In this document: piece by piece, positions 50,097-62,345 of the stretch
How positions within the stretch are numbered: position 1 is the stretch's first letter
How the letters are laid out: each line of letters begins with the position of its first letter
Origin: Takakia lepidozioides
Lineage: Eukaryota; Plantae; Bryophyta
Reading direction: 5' to 3'
Length of the DNA stretch: 64,000 bases
Assembly: GCA_030704615.1 (NCBI GenBank)
Contig: CM060734.1
Location: 20,646,001-20,710,000, forward strand
Notes under the pieces: model-generated
The model's database searches: none
Told to the model about the DNA's origin: nothing
The model's input: only the letters and a program-made list of their open reading frames with translations
Made by a program: the position numbers and the translations under genes

Positions 50097-50720
50097 ATGC
50101 AGTCATGTCATCGCACCAGCTGCATTTGCGGACGAAGTGGAATTCGACCCTCGCAATTGCGAATCCCGGAGCTGGGAGATATTATGGTGGAGTTGGAGTT
50201 TAGTGAACCGACGCGCATGGTGACGAGTTTCCGGGAAGTTCTGGGATTCTCTGTGGGTGAGAGCCGGAACTAGACAACAATGGATACTTGTTGTGCGAGA
50301 CAGACCTGGAAGACGAAATGTGCGTCTCTTCATGATGAGATGTTGTTGTGGGAAGATGTTGAGGTCTTACTACCATGCTTACACCCCACCTCCACAGTAC
50401 CTACTACCGGATCGGGCTCTTGAGTTGGTGACTCACTTTTCTGGGCCCGGGAATATATTGCTGATATTGAGGGAGAATCGGAACAGGTTTGTGCTGGACG
50501 TACGCGAATATCACGACGATGTAGATGATCTCCCACCTCGCCTGGAATATTTGCATGTTTTCACGAACCTCACGAATATAGATGTGTTGTATCTTCATGT
50601 GCGCCATCTCCATCCAGATATCGGCAATGGTGACTAGACCAATACAGCGCCACTCCTCATTCTGGACCTGTTTTTTCACGACTCTGTCGTTCGTGTTGTC
50701 GATATGAACATAGTGGGATA
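50097..50720 (+). pseudogene. Second copy of the Cys-rich ORF
   Basis: MQSCHRTSCICG...RIPELGDIMVELEF...(fs)WILVVRDRPGRRNVRLFMMRCCCG; CAG>TAG stop at 50635. Confidence 0.5.
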
Positions 50721-51089
50721 GGCAAATGAACGGGGCATTGTTCAGGAGTAACATTCTTAGGGGTGTTTCATGGGTACCGGCTGTGGTGGTCCTGTACGAG
50801 GAGTTTTCTTATGTCCTCCATTTGGGGAAAATCGTATTTTAGAGAGGAGAGATGCTCTGACTTGTTCCCATCCAAAATAAATAAAAGATTTTGGTGAAGT
50901 ATGGAATCCTCTTGTGAATGGTCATGTCCTCAGCTTTTTTTAGTACTCCGTGTGGTAGTCATGTGTTTTTTGAATGAGGTCTGCAAGTTCTTCAGTCTTA
51001 TGTAATCGGAGTTCTTACTGATTGAACATGTGATTTCTTACAGTCTTACTGGTTCAACATGTGTTTCACAATTTCGAAAAGTACATCCG

Positions 51090-51425
51090 GGACGGAAATG
51101 CATTTCCGTTCCACCATGTCCTAGGCGGTACAGTGGACGGAAATGCGGTACCGCATTTCCGTTCCACCATGTCTTAGGTGTCTCAGTGGACGGAAATGCG
51201 GTACCGCATTTGTGTTCCACCATGTCCTAGGTGGTACAGTGGACGGATTTCCGTCAGCTGTCTTCCAAAGGAAGAGCCTGGACGGAAATGCGATACCGTT
51301 TGGTGTCACAGTGGACGGAAATGCGGTGCCACAGAGGACGAGCTCGAACGGGAATACAACACCGCATTTCCGTTCTGGCATGTGCACACTGATGCTTTGT
51401 CTCGGACTGGACGGAAATGCGGCCT
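51090..51425. repeat. Third array of the 22-bp palindrome
   Basis: Copies at roughly 51094, 51139, 51192, 51284, 51317, 51350 and 51413; paralogous to 4562-4980. Confidence 0.88.
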
Positions 51426-54183
51426 CTCTTTACGACCACAACTTCGTTGTCTACCTGTTTTAACTAACATTCCTGGCATTTGTCAGTGTAAACGTTCATG
51501 TCTGCCTCCATAAAAGTATGACGCCTCCTGAAAGGAGCGTAACTTATGGTGTCACTTGAGGAGTATATGATACAGCCAACAGCAGAAGTGTCATGTCAGT
51601 TCACTGACATTGAGCTTGAAGCACTAAATGAGCTTGAGGAAATCTCCCAGAAGTGGTCACACTCCAAGCGAAGTGTGGCAGCACCCCACATCAACATGTT
51701 GACCAGGGGGAGTGCAAACAAGGCTAAGATGAGGGATGGGGTGTTTGTTCTGCAGCAACTCACCCAAGGTGTTAGTAATCCAAAGAGCAAACACAGGTTT
51801 GGTGATGAGGAATGCATTGGGATGGACAATATCTACAACTCAGCAGGGTTTGAACGCCAACCAGACATATCCATGGAAGGGTATGACAAAATCAAGGAAG
51901 AGGCAAAAACCCATAGCCTGGACGCATTCACTGAAGACTGGGCAGACCTACAGATAAAAGAAGATAGCTCGCAAGAGACGGAGAATGAGCTAAGTGAGAA
52001 AATTGAGTAGGAAAGGGTGAGGCCCGTGACAAAAAGAGAACAGTTGGAGCTCATTCAGAAGGCAGAAAACGAACACGACAAATGAGAGAATGATGAGAGG
52101 GAGTACACACCAACAGTTCGTGAAGAGACAACACCAGATATATTGGACGATGTTCAGGTAATGCATTACCTTACATTTGGCTCTGTCAATGAGTACTTTT
52201 CAACACTTCAATTGCAAATCATTCCACATCTCCTCTGATTCTTCAACAGAAAATATAAATTCAATTATTCTTCTTTTCCTTCTTTTCTTCACACGTGTCG
52301 AATACAATATTGCAGAACTAAACTACCATTGAGGAATAAATCTATTGTCCTATCTTCTTATTCCCTACACTTCAATCACCCTCACACACACTATCTGGCC
52401 GCAGCTCTTTGGCTCAACTGACATCGATCAATGCAACGGTAGCACAGTTATAGCGAAATTGGTCCAACAACTATTATAACCGCTTCTAACTTCCTCTATT
52501 CATCCAGAAGTTTCATCCAACACTGTCATCCAATATCGAATAGAATCAGGTTATTCAACATCACAAAGTATCGTGAAGAACTGTCATATCGCAGCTACAT
52601 CGATGGTATTACGAAACATATTGGCCGATAATATACTAAAAAGGCTTAAAATTGAAGCTCAATTAAAAATTTATATTATTCTAAAAATAGTATGAGCGAG
52701 GTACCCGCGCGATGCATTCCAGTGCCACATGGTTTGTCAATCCCGGAATCAGGGCGTTGTCATTCGACCGGTCATCTCTCTGATGGGATGCCACGTTCTG
52801 CAGGTTCGCTATGTTTTCCAGCGATACAACGTCCTCCGGATGGCAATTCCGTTGCCAAGGTTCCCATGGTCAGACACACTAATCGCCAAAGATGGGCTTT
52901 CAAATATCCGAAGCCGGTTTACAGTCTGAGAGCTATACCTCTTCCTAACTTCCTGGAACATGTCGTTGTAGCGACTCCCAATGTCTTCTTTGATAAAGAA
53001 GCCGTCATCCCATCTGGCTTGCTCCGATAACTACTCCGCCTCTGCCATTGCTATATTCCATTTTCTTTATAATTTTCTACTATGATTTTTTACTAAACTC
53101 AATAAAATGTATACTAATGTACAGAAAATATGCTATCCTAAATTATAATCCAAAAATTGATCGACATAATATGGCGACCAATGGGGAACACTTGCCCCAA
53201 GTGTACAGAACCCAAAATCTCTAGTTGCATTTTCTAAACTGAAATCTAACAGTGACCCTACTTATTGGTTGTACCGATATACATTGTTTTGACATATGAC
53301 TTCTTTATCAAAGAAAGAGAAACAGATCACAAAGTCTCAAAACCATCCACCGTCCTCTATAGAGAGAGTTTGAGTTCCAGATAAAAACATTTCAGAACCA
53401 TCCATTCTCCCCACCGGCCTGGGTTTGAATCCCTAGATGATGAAAGAAGATATGGTCTGTGCCAGATTGGTTATTCTAATTCTACTACGGTCTTGGAAAT
53501 ACTTTGAGCCTGTGCTCATATAAGATTGGATACTTATGAGCTTCGGAGGACCCTACACCGAAAAAGACCTTGACTCTCGGCCAGGCTAAATAGCAATGGA
53601 AAATGATTGGATACTATGATGACCCTACTCAGACTATTTCTACTAGAAAAGGTCATAGGCCCTTCTGGGTTTTCCTGTACCTGAAATCTCTGGACTCATG
53701 TGAGGGGAGCAGCAACCACTGCCCGATAATCTCTCCTTTTACCCCCTCACTGTTTTTTTGTTTTTTTAACTTTTCTCTCCCTATGAGATACTGCAGCGGG
53801 GTGGAGATATTGACAATAGATTGGAAAGAAGGGTACAAGGTTAGAGATCCACGTTTAGTAAGTCGAAGTGTTCCATGCAGGGAACATCGGTACACTGGCA
53901 GAGTGTTTGTTGCAGCAAACACTATATATGCACATGAGATATGATTTGGAACTGAAGCGCCTCACCACCAGTGGGCATGCATTTTTTTAAAGAAAATGAT
54001 CGGTAATAATGCATGTGACATATGGATGCAAAACTGACGTCGTTTTCAACCTGTACAAGAATCTTTTTCACATGTACATAAAATGAACACCAATTTCAAT
54101 GGAATAGAGAATATTGTTATTACCTCCTCCAGAATTTGAATCTCGGGTGGATTCTGCATTTGATCAAGAGCCATGACCTCGGT

Positions 54184-54490
54184 CTAGCCCTCTTGTTCTT
54201 CAATCATTGGCTCCTCAACCAAGTTCTTACCGAACTCATGAAAATTGCCAATCGTTGGCTTTAGTTGATTCATGGTGTGAAGTGGAAAGTAAGCCATGTT
54301 GAGCCCAGAACCATACCTGACCCTTGATGTCTTTGTTTCCGTATCAACTGTTGCCCCAAACTTCTGCAAGAAATCTAGTCCCAGTAGCATGCTGTATGTG
54401 TCAGTATCCACTACCATAAAATTGATCCTGTTAGTTAGTTTTCCCACAGTGACCTTTAATTTGTCAAGTACGTCTGTAAAGTTAAAAATG
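54184..54490 (-). mobile_element. Gypsy aspartic protease C-terminal fragment
   Basis: VGKLTNRINFMVVDTDTYSMLLGLDFLQKFGATVD. Confidence 0.7.
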
Positions 54491-54579
54491 GTGGCCCTGT
54501 ATCACCCACCAGTATAACTCTTCCCGTTCCCTCTTGATCATACAACTTGTTAGTCCGGTTTCGATGCTACATGAAGCCG

Positions 54580-55650
54580 CAGTGGAAGCAGGAAAACGTC
54601 ATGACACCTAGACTGGACTATCTTGCTCTCGGTCTTCGTTCTACTTATACCCTTCTATCTCAATGATTCTTTTCCCAGCCCATGGCCGATGGTCAGTAAA
54701 GATATCTTGACCCCACTCCGGGTTCTCGACGGTGGCACCCGCACCCCGTTATCTCGTCGGATCTGGTTCACCACGGTCACGATTTGTTATCAACAACACA
54801 TGTTCCACATATCCTAGTTGGCTACGTTCAACTCTGTTCTTTAACTAATCCATGACGTATTCTCTTGGTAGAAACAATGTATACTGCAGTGGTTCTCTCT
54901 TGGTTTTCCTTTATCTTTCCAGCCTTCCTCTATCAGTTCGGCCCTTCATTATGCAGTCCCATGCATCTCTCATTCTACTATTAAGTTTCCCGTACGTGTG
55001 ACCCGCTCCCTACGTATCGGCATCACAACATTCAAATACTAAGTTGGCACGATGGCTCTCAGTCAAACAGCTCTTCCTAAGCTCCGATTCCATGATGTAA
55101 CCTTCTTTGCTTCTCTTAATGGTGGATCTCAAAGGATCAATACACATGCTTCATACTTCTGCCGAATCTCTTTATATCAACAGGATGCCCAACTGGCCGC
55201 CATGCATCAACAGAACGTACCAACTTGTCTTTCTTCTTCACTAATCTACTCACTAACCCCAAACATAGTGCCTTCTCCACACTAAACACTCTTCTCATGT
55301 CGTCATGACTCGGATCCCTACAGCGTCTCTTCTCTCATCTCTCTCTCTCCTTCAATGAACGAACCCACCAACGAACCAACCTTCTCAATCGTTTTGATTA
55401 CCAGGCCTTGTACCCTTTTGCACTCTCTAGATTAGACCTACTTCATGTAACCGATCCGTTTCTAATCACCGCCCAACGATTATTATAGTACTAAGTGTGC
55501 ATCCTTCCCTGGATGTGCCTGTACCTAAAACACTTAAATATATGGACAACTGGCCCTCGATTAAGTATGGATAATATCAAAAGGCCCTAAAACTTAATTA
55601 TAATCTCCTGCTTAGTCATGTATCATACGGTCTAAGGCGGCGGTGTGACA
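54580..55650. repeat. LTR-like sequence ending ...GGTGTGACA
   Basis: Partly duplicated at 5845-6440; TGTCAC-type terminus on the minus strand at 55650; no TSD or partner LTR found. Confidence 0.4.
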
Positions 55651-55726
55651 GCTGCTGATCGATTCCTCATCAACGCTCTGCATGCTACTATTCCGTCCGC
55701 TTCTATCTCCTCGTCACTTCATTCAA

Positions 55727-57907
55727 AGAGAGAGAGAAAATACTCCGACCGAAGCCGGCGTAACTAAGAGCCACTTCACATTGCGGCTACTGCCCCCTGT
55801 CAGGGGTGGGCCCTATAATAAACACTCTGATTGGACACCTAGTAACCGGGGGTATATGTGCTATGGTGCCAGATTTTTTTATTTTTATTTTTATTTTTTT
55901 TTAAAGGTGGGGGGGGGGTCACCCCGGGGCGTGCCCCTGGGGTATCTAGGACAGTGTTGTGGGATCGGATTCTAGTTTTCATTTATTGGCGATAACAGCT
56001 GTAAGAGAATGAAGGGTTGTGAGGTGGATGGCTTGGAAACATTTGTGGATAGGGGAAATAGGGATTGGAAAGTTGTTATGCAGGTCATTGATGCTGGCAT
56101 TGTGTATGCCACCTCTAGTACCTACCGTGATAATGGTTAGAGGGCCGGTGCGCCATCCTCGTCGGCGAATAGCAAGGATGAGTGGAGCATATTTTTGTCG
56201 TTTTCCAGGATAGAGTCATGTGGGTAGCGGTCATAACAGAATGTGAATTCGATGAAGTGAATAGTGAGTGATGGGGATGAGGTGATAGGATGTGGGGCAT
56301 TCATGGGTAGACCCTGCACTATTAGAATGTCTGGGCAGAGTCTAGCTGGATAGGTGCATGGTCGGGAAAGACATGAGCATGGGAGTAGCCATGGTGGGAC
56401 AGTGTGATCGGATGGGCGGCCTTGGTATGTGTCTGCGTTAAGGAGTGTGAACCATCTGGTTTCGGTACGGCTGCGCAGTAGTTTGTGGATATGCCAGACG
56501 GCTTGGTTATGGTGAGTGATATGAAGGTCGTGTATGATGGGATGTGTGCATTGGCTGAGTAAGTGTGTTGCGTTGGTGGCCCATATATTGGGCATATCTA
56601 AATTTAAGGGTTTGGCAGATTTGTGCATCTGTGGTGGTTTTGGTATTCCAAAAATGGTTTGATAGTTTATGGTGTAGCACCGTGGATTGTGTCCACTTCT
56701 GAATGTGGACCTTAGTATGGCTAATTGATGTAGCAGCTTGCTTGTTGGCTTCCCGGGAGAGGGTGGCTATGAGGTTGCGGACAGGTTTAGGTGCGGGTGG
56801 GTTTGGGACGGGGTGTATGAACCAAAATGGGTGAGTATGGGCGATGTGAATAGGGTCATCAGAGGCGATTACAGGGGGCTTGGAGGCGCCTACCTGGGCA
56901 AGTAAGTCGGCAACATCGTTGCCATGTATCCCAGTGTGCGAGCGGACTTTACGGAAGTGGATGGGGTGTGGTTTGGAGAGAGCTAGTTGAACAATGGTCG
57001 TGATAAGGTTGCGGTCAGGGTGGTGGTGGTGGGATGATGGGTGGGCGATATGGTTCCTAATAAGGAAGAGTGAAGTAAGACTATCAGTGAAAATATAGTA
57101 GGGGGGTGGGAAAGCGTCCATCCTTGATATGGCCTCATAGATTGTCATAAGTTCAGCACGTAAAATTGTGGCGGGGCCCGGTAGGCGGAGGGCAACACCT
57201 GGCTGAGTGGCCGCATGATACACGCCATATCTGGCATTGGATTGTATGAGAGATCCATCCGTGTAGTGGGAGTGGGAAGGGGGAAATATTAGGGGAATGG
57301 TTTGTTGGTATTTCTGGGGGATAATGGGTAGGGTTGTGTTAGGGGTGGTATGCGGTGGACGTGGCAGCGCTTTTAGCCATGCCTTATTAGGTTCGTCAAC
57401 GGGAGATTTTTGTTGAGTAAGAATACGTATTGTGAGGGCATGTGGGGATGCGTGGGCGGCTAGACGCGCCCATTGGAGGGCCTCATGAGTCGGGGATCCG
57501 GGGGGAGGGTGAGCTAGGCCTCTATCAGACCAAGTATGTTGTGTAGTGGTGCCTGTGGCCCCGAAGATGCAGTCTCTGTGGTGTGGGCTTGCGAATGTGG
57601 TTAGTTCCAAGGGACATGTGAGAGGGTTGGAGTAGTATGAATGGGTGAGTTGGAGTGAGTTAATAATTAGTGTGAGAATGTCTAGAAGAAGGGTGTTGTG
57701 AGCGTATGCTTGGGCTAGCCGATTGGGGGAGCGGGGTTTCTTCGGGGGTGTGTCTTTGAGGTATCGCTCTATTAGCCATATAATTTCGGTACCGAAGTCT
57801 TGTTTGGGAGGTTGTAAGGGGGTCAGGTGGGTGTGTGTGGTGGAGTATTTTCCCCGTAACCATTTTAAACGGTTATTAGGGATTAGGCCAATGAATCGGC
57901 CGAATTG
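55727..57907 (-). mobile_element. RandI/Dualen-like LINE 3' half: PCIF1-like segment, RNase H, RLE, 3' UTR
   Basis: YTDGS...ILRAEL...IFTDSL...KVRSHTGIHGNDVAD (RNase H); HLLSQC..HHNQAV; PDILIV...IEFTFC (RLE); ends in a (TC)n tract. Confidence 0.88.
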
Positions 57908-58699
57908 AGCATGGATATTATCTTTCACCCTGTTTTGGATCCACCGATTGAACTTCGACTTGTCCCTGTCCGCCGTCCACTTAACCCCCGCCAAAGCGTT
58001 CGTCATTTTCTTCTCCATATTCTGCTGGAAAATTTGAAACCCCTCCCATCCATGCCTGACATAAGCACTCTCCAGCTTCATCATGTCCCTACCTTTGAAA
58101 TAATCCACTGCCACTTCTTTCACCCTATCCAAGGCATCCGGTCTCGGGTAGTCTGGCTTGTTGACCTGGCTATCCCGCTCGTGGGCACGTTTTCTCTTCC
58201 TCCGACCCCCAGACGACCCTGCCCCAGAACTTAAATTCACAACCCCCGACATTGTATAAACCTTTGCCCACTACAGGGGACAAAACCTCAGAAAACGGCA
58301 ATGGACGCGTGTGGATGGTGTCTTCGTAGTTTCTGCAAAAAAACAGGCCGTCGGAGATCCGAAAACGGAAAAATGGTGATACGATGATTGAATCGTGAAC
58401 AAGGGTGTGGGATTGACCAATAGAAAACCGAAAACCCCCCCCCCCAAATAATAATAATAATAATAATAATAATAATCACCTTTGCACCTCCCGTTGGCAG
58501 TGCCAAGCAACGAAGTCCAAAAAGACTACAAGATGCCAAGGAACCGCACCACGAGAGGGGCAAAAGTGATCAGAAAAGGAGGGGGGAATGGTTTATATAG
58601 GCGCCCACCAGGCCCCCCCCAAAAAAAATAAAAAAAATAAAATGGCATTATGCTTGAAAAGGCGCGACAGCCAGTGGTGCCTCGACATCGACGGCTTTG

Positions 58700-60795
58700 C
58701 ATTAGATAAGCGAGGCTCTACAACAGACCGCATCTTGGACTCTTTCACTATCGATATTTACGAATCATGTCTCAAAGCATTCTCCAAATCCAAACCCCCA
58801 GGCCCTGACTTTATACCCAATGACATACTCCAGGCGCTAGATCCACACCTCCATCTCATCATCTTCACTTTCTTCAAACTATGCTACCAACTAAAACGCA
58901 TCCCACACTCCTGGAAACATAGTCGCACCATACTATTATTTAAAAAATGCGACCCCACAGATCTCAATAATTACAAACCTCTTGCATTGGCCAACACCAT
59001 ATACAAGCTATTCACAAGCACGCTTACTACAATGCTCTCTACCTATGGGGAGCAACACCGCATTCTCAGTGACCCCCAAGAGGGCTTCCGAGCTACGAGA
59101 AGTACAACCAGTCAAATATGGTATGTCATTTCTGCACTAGAAGATGCTAAGCTCACAAAACAAGACATATATCTCCTCTACATAGACTTTAAGAATGCCT
59201 TTGGGTCCCTAGACCATGGCCAACTACTCGCTATCATGACAGACTTGGGGTACCCCACAGACGCAATACAGCTCATTGGTGACATTTACACGAAAAGCAC
59301 TACAGAATATACATGGGCTTACTACGGCTCCACTCCCCCTATCCCAATCTTACGAGGCACCATCCAAGGCGACACTCTCAGTCCATACCTATTCGTAATC
59401 TTCCTAGAACCCCTCCTCAGATGGTTTGCACGTGGAAAGCTAGGATACCATTACAAAACCTCCTCCAGTGATATCTCAGCAGCAGCTTATGCCGATGACC
59501 TCGCCATCCTGGCACATAAACCGCAACACCTAAACCGCCAAGTCACCAAACTACATCGCTTCAACTTGTGGTCAGGCATGGAACTCAGCCTCCACAAATG
59601 TGCCATAACCGCTGCCACACACCACAGCCGGCTCACCAAATCTGCCATTGCCTCCCATTGCAAACTCTATGTTCACTACCAAAACAAACCATTCCCCTTC
59701 CTAGGACATGACGCAGCACGTCGAAACAAAAGTGAATGACATAGTATTATTTTAGTTCGAGCAAAATAAGTTACTGGTAGGCAAGACATAAGTCGGACCT
59801 TTATGTGGCCAGAGTCAGAGGTACTTGTTGCAGTACAGTTCTACTATCCGAAAAGGATGGGCGTACCATTGTGTGGGGACCGCAAGCCAAGCTCACTCGT
59901 CCCCTGGATCCATATTCAGAAGAGTGTGCACCTCTTGGGGGCTCAACCCTGGTGCATGTATGAAGTGATAAGTTGTGGAATTACACCGGAGTCTCTTTAG
60001 GTACACGTAGTACAGATGCTTGCAAGGGCAGTATGATGCCCCCTTGTTTGCCATGATCTGGAAGTCGGTGCAATTGCAGGTGGGTAATTCTGAAATGGTG
60101 ATGGTGTACACCTCATTGCGAATAGCTGAGCCTGCCATGGCCATCTGATACACACGCCCGAAGCCTGGTGGGGGCACTTCTGTCGAGCTCTGGATTGTAC
60201 AGTTCATCCGAAGTGCATACCCTATCCTTGTCTCGTTCACTTTTGAGGGAGGTCGCCGCCTCTTCGGTTTCGGTGTGTAGGATGCCTAGAGCTATTGCGT
60301 CTCAGTGTTCTTGCTCTCACAGGGGTCGGTGGTGGAGGCTGTGGAAGCGGAAATGGTTGTTTGGGGACGTCAGTGCGCTGCACCATCCGAAATCTTGCGG
60401 CAGTAGGGCGTCGGCCTCAACCTGACTTAGATCGCAGCCTGGTTCCACCGGCCACACCGGGGGAGCCTCTGGCATTGTTTGTATGCCATACTTGGGCTTT
60501 CCATACATATACATACTTGGGCATCCAGCTGGTTCCCTCCCTTACATGGCATGTCCAAAAAACCTCTACTACATCTAAACTAATCAACAAGAGCCTAGCC
60601 CTCCTCAAATCCCCTATTGCTAAACTTTCCATTATACAGTCTGTTCTTAAAACCCAAGTTCAATACTCATTTCACGCCGCACCTTTCTCCTTACCAGACA
60701 TCAAAAACCTCGACAAAAATATTGTCCAGCTCACAAAGCGAGTATGTGGCCTGCCAACTAGCACCCCTAATGCCCTCACCCAGCTTCCAACCGAT
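58700..60795 (+). mobile_element. LINE reverse transcriptase and thumb (RandI/Dualen-like), interrupted at 59713-60501
   Basis: KPPGPD, QEGFR, IDFKNAFGS, GTIQGDTLSPYLFVIFLEPLLRW, YADDL, FLGHD // HTYTYLGIQL. Confidence 0.9.
59893..60500 (-). pseudogene. C-terminus of a SWIM zinc-finger protein (transposase-associated)
   Basis: YTITISELPTCNCTDF...CPCKHLYYVY (CxC-xn-CKH), preceded by PPVWPVEPGCDLSQVEADAL. Confidence 0.75.
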
Positions 60796-60796
60796 T

Positions 60797-60980
60797 GTAT
60801 GCGACTGTATGACTCCGTACTTTGCGTCAAACATGTTTGACCACAAATATTGATAGGGCAACTTCCCTAGATCTACGTGTCAACTGCAAAGGCTTTCACG
60901 AGTGCATATGGCATTTTGAAGTCAGATCTGCCATGCCTGCGCACAAATGGTAGTCATGAAAACCACAATCTGTTGTAGTG
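60797..60980 (-). mobile_element. Inverted left end of a CACTA related to 26030-37176
   Basis: The reverse complement CACTACAACAGATTGTGGTTTTCATGAC... aligns with 26030-26140. Confidence 0.8.
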
Positions 60981-61364
60981 TTCCACAACCTCCTCGACTT
61001 CGAAAACAACCGTTGCAGGCTGCAATCCAAAACAAGATCAAAGAAGCTTGTCGGTGATTTGAACTGAGCTGTCCCTGGCGTCCACTCTTACAGTCATATT
61101 GTTAGAAGGACATGTGAGTTGAACGTACCCGGCCATATTGACAGTGACAGAGTAGAAGGTATGCTAAGAAACAAAGTGCAAGTACAAAAGACAACCATGT
61201 CAGTGTTTGTATATACATGAAGAATTTTGAAAGAGAGGGGCCTTCTTGTTTAGTTTCCAGGTGGCGGGTTTTTTTGTCTTCTTCCAAACGGGAACAATTT
61301 GGCATTTTATCAACTGCACAATTCATTTGTGGAATCCGCGCCAATTGCGAACCTTCGGAATGAT

Positions 61365-62040
61365 AGCCGGAAGTCGGCAACGACTTCCCGGAAGTGCACT
61401 GCCTACATCCCGGAGATGGACCCGAGAAGTCGGCACAGACTTCCCGGACGTGGATGGCCGGCAGTCTGATACAAATGTCGAGAAAAGGGCAAAAAGGAAG
61501 TCGGTGCAAAATTGTCGGTGCAAAATTGTCGGGAAGCTTCCGGTAAGTTTGTGCAGACTTCCCAAAACTGGACTGCCGAAAGTCGAAAACATGACATTGT
61601 CGGGAATGGGCATCCGAGGGTCTCAGCGGAGTTCCGGCATTGGAGTGCCGGAAGTCTGCACCGACCTCGGCACCGACTTCCGAGAATGGACTGCCGGAAG
61701 TATGTTTCGGCTGAATTCCCGGAAGAAAACCGGCAAATCTGTGCCGACTTCCAGTATCGTCAGTGGAGAATCTGCACAGACTTTCCAAAATGGTATGCCG
61801 GAAGTATATTTTCGCTCATTTCCCGGATGATAACTGGCAAGTCTGTGACGTCTTCTCGGAAGTGCACTGCCGGCGAGTGGGCAACTGATACTGCGGACTT
61901 CCGGCAAAGTTGCCGAAGAGTCTGTGCCGACTTCCCGGAAATGGGTCCGGGAAGTCGGCATCAACAATGGGCGGCCGTCAGTCTGGCAGGAGAGGAGGGG
62001 AAATAGCAGCCTGCAAGTCTGTGCAGACTTGCCGGGAAAA
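61365..62040. repeat. Array of the 20-bp palindrome GGAAGTC(GGCACA/TGTGCC)GACTTCC
   Basis: Degenerate copies at roughly 61369, 61425, 61543, 61650, 61734, 61766, 61916 and 62014; more at about 63350-63448. Confidence 0.85.
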
Positions 62041-62345
62041 TATCCGAGAGGTCTATATACCTCCCGGATATGGACGGCCGAATGGCAATGGCTGGCAGTC
62101 CGGGAGTGGGTGCCGCATCACATGGCATGTGCCATTTCGGGGCGCTCCACGTGTCGTGTAGGCACCCGTTGGGGCCTACGAAGTAGGAGGCGTCACCACA
62201 AAGAGTCCAGCAGCATACCGCCTCTTCACCTTCGCAGGTGCTCCTTCAGTTGTTCATTCGCTCCACTGCCACATTTTGCCCCTCGTAGATTGCTGGTGTG
62301 CTTCGGGACGATTTCGAAGAGACGCGATTGTTTTTTGCTGCAGCC

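Noticed and set aside
51546-53944. Protein-coding genes in ORFs 51546-52010, 52692-53030 and 53603-53944
   Set aside because: No recognisable motifs; probably decayed retroelement sequence that I cannot assign.
58269-58290. CACTA terminus CACTACAGGGG (also a TGTTGTAGTG at 40186-40195)
   Set aside because: No subterminal repeats or matching partner.
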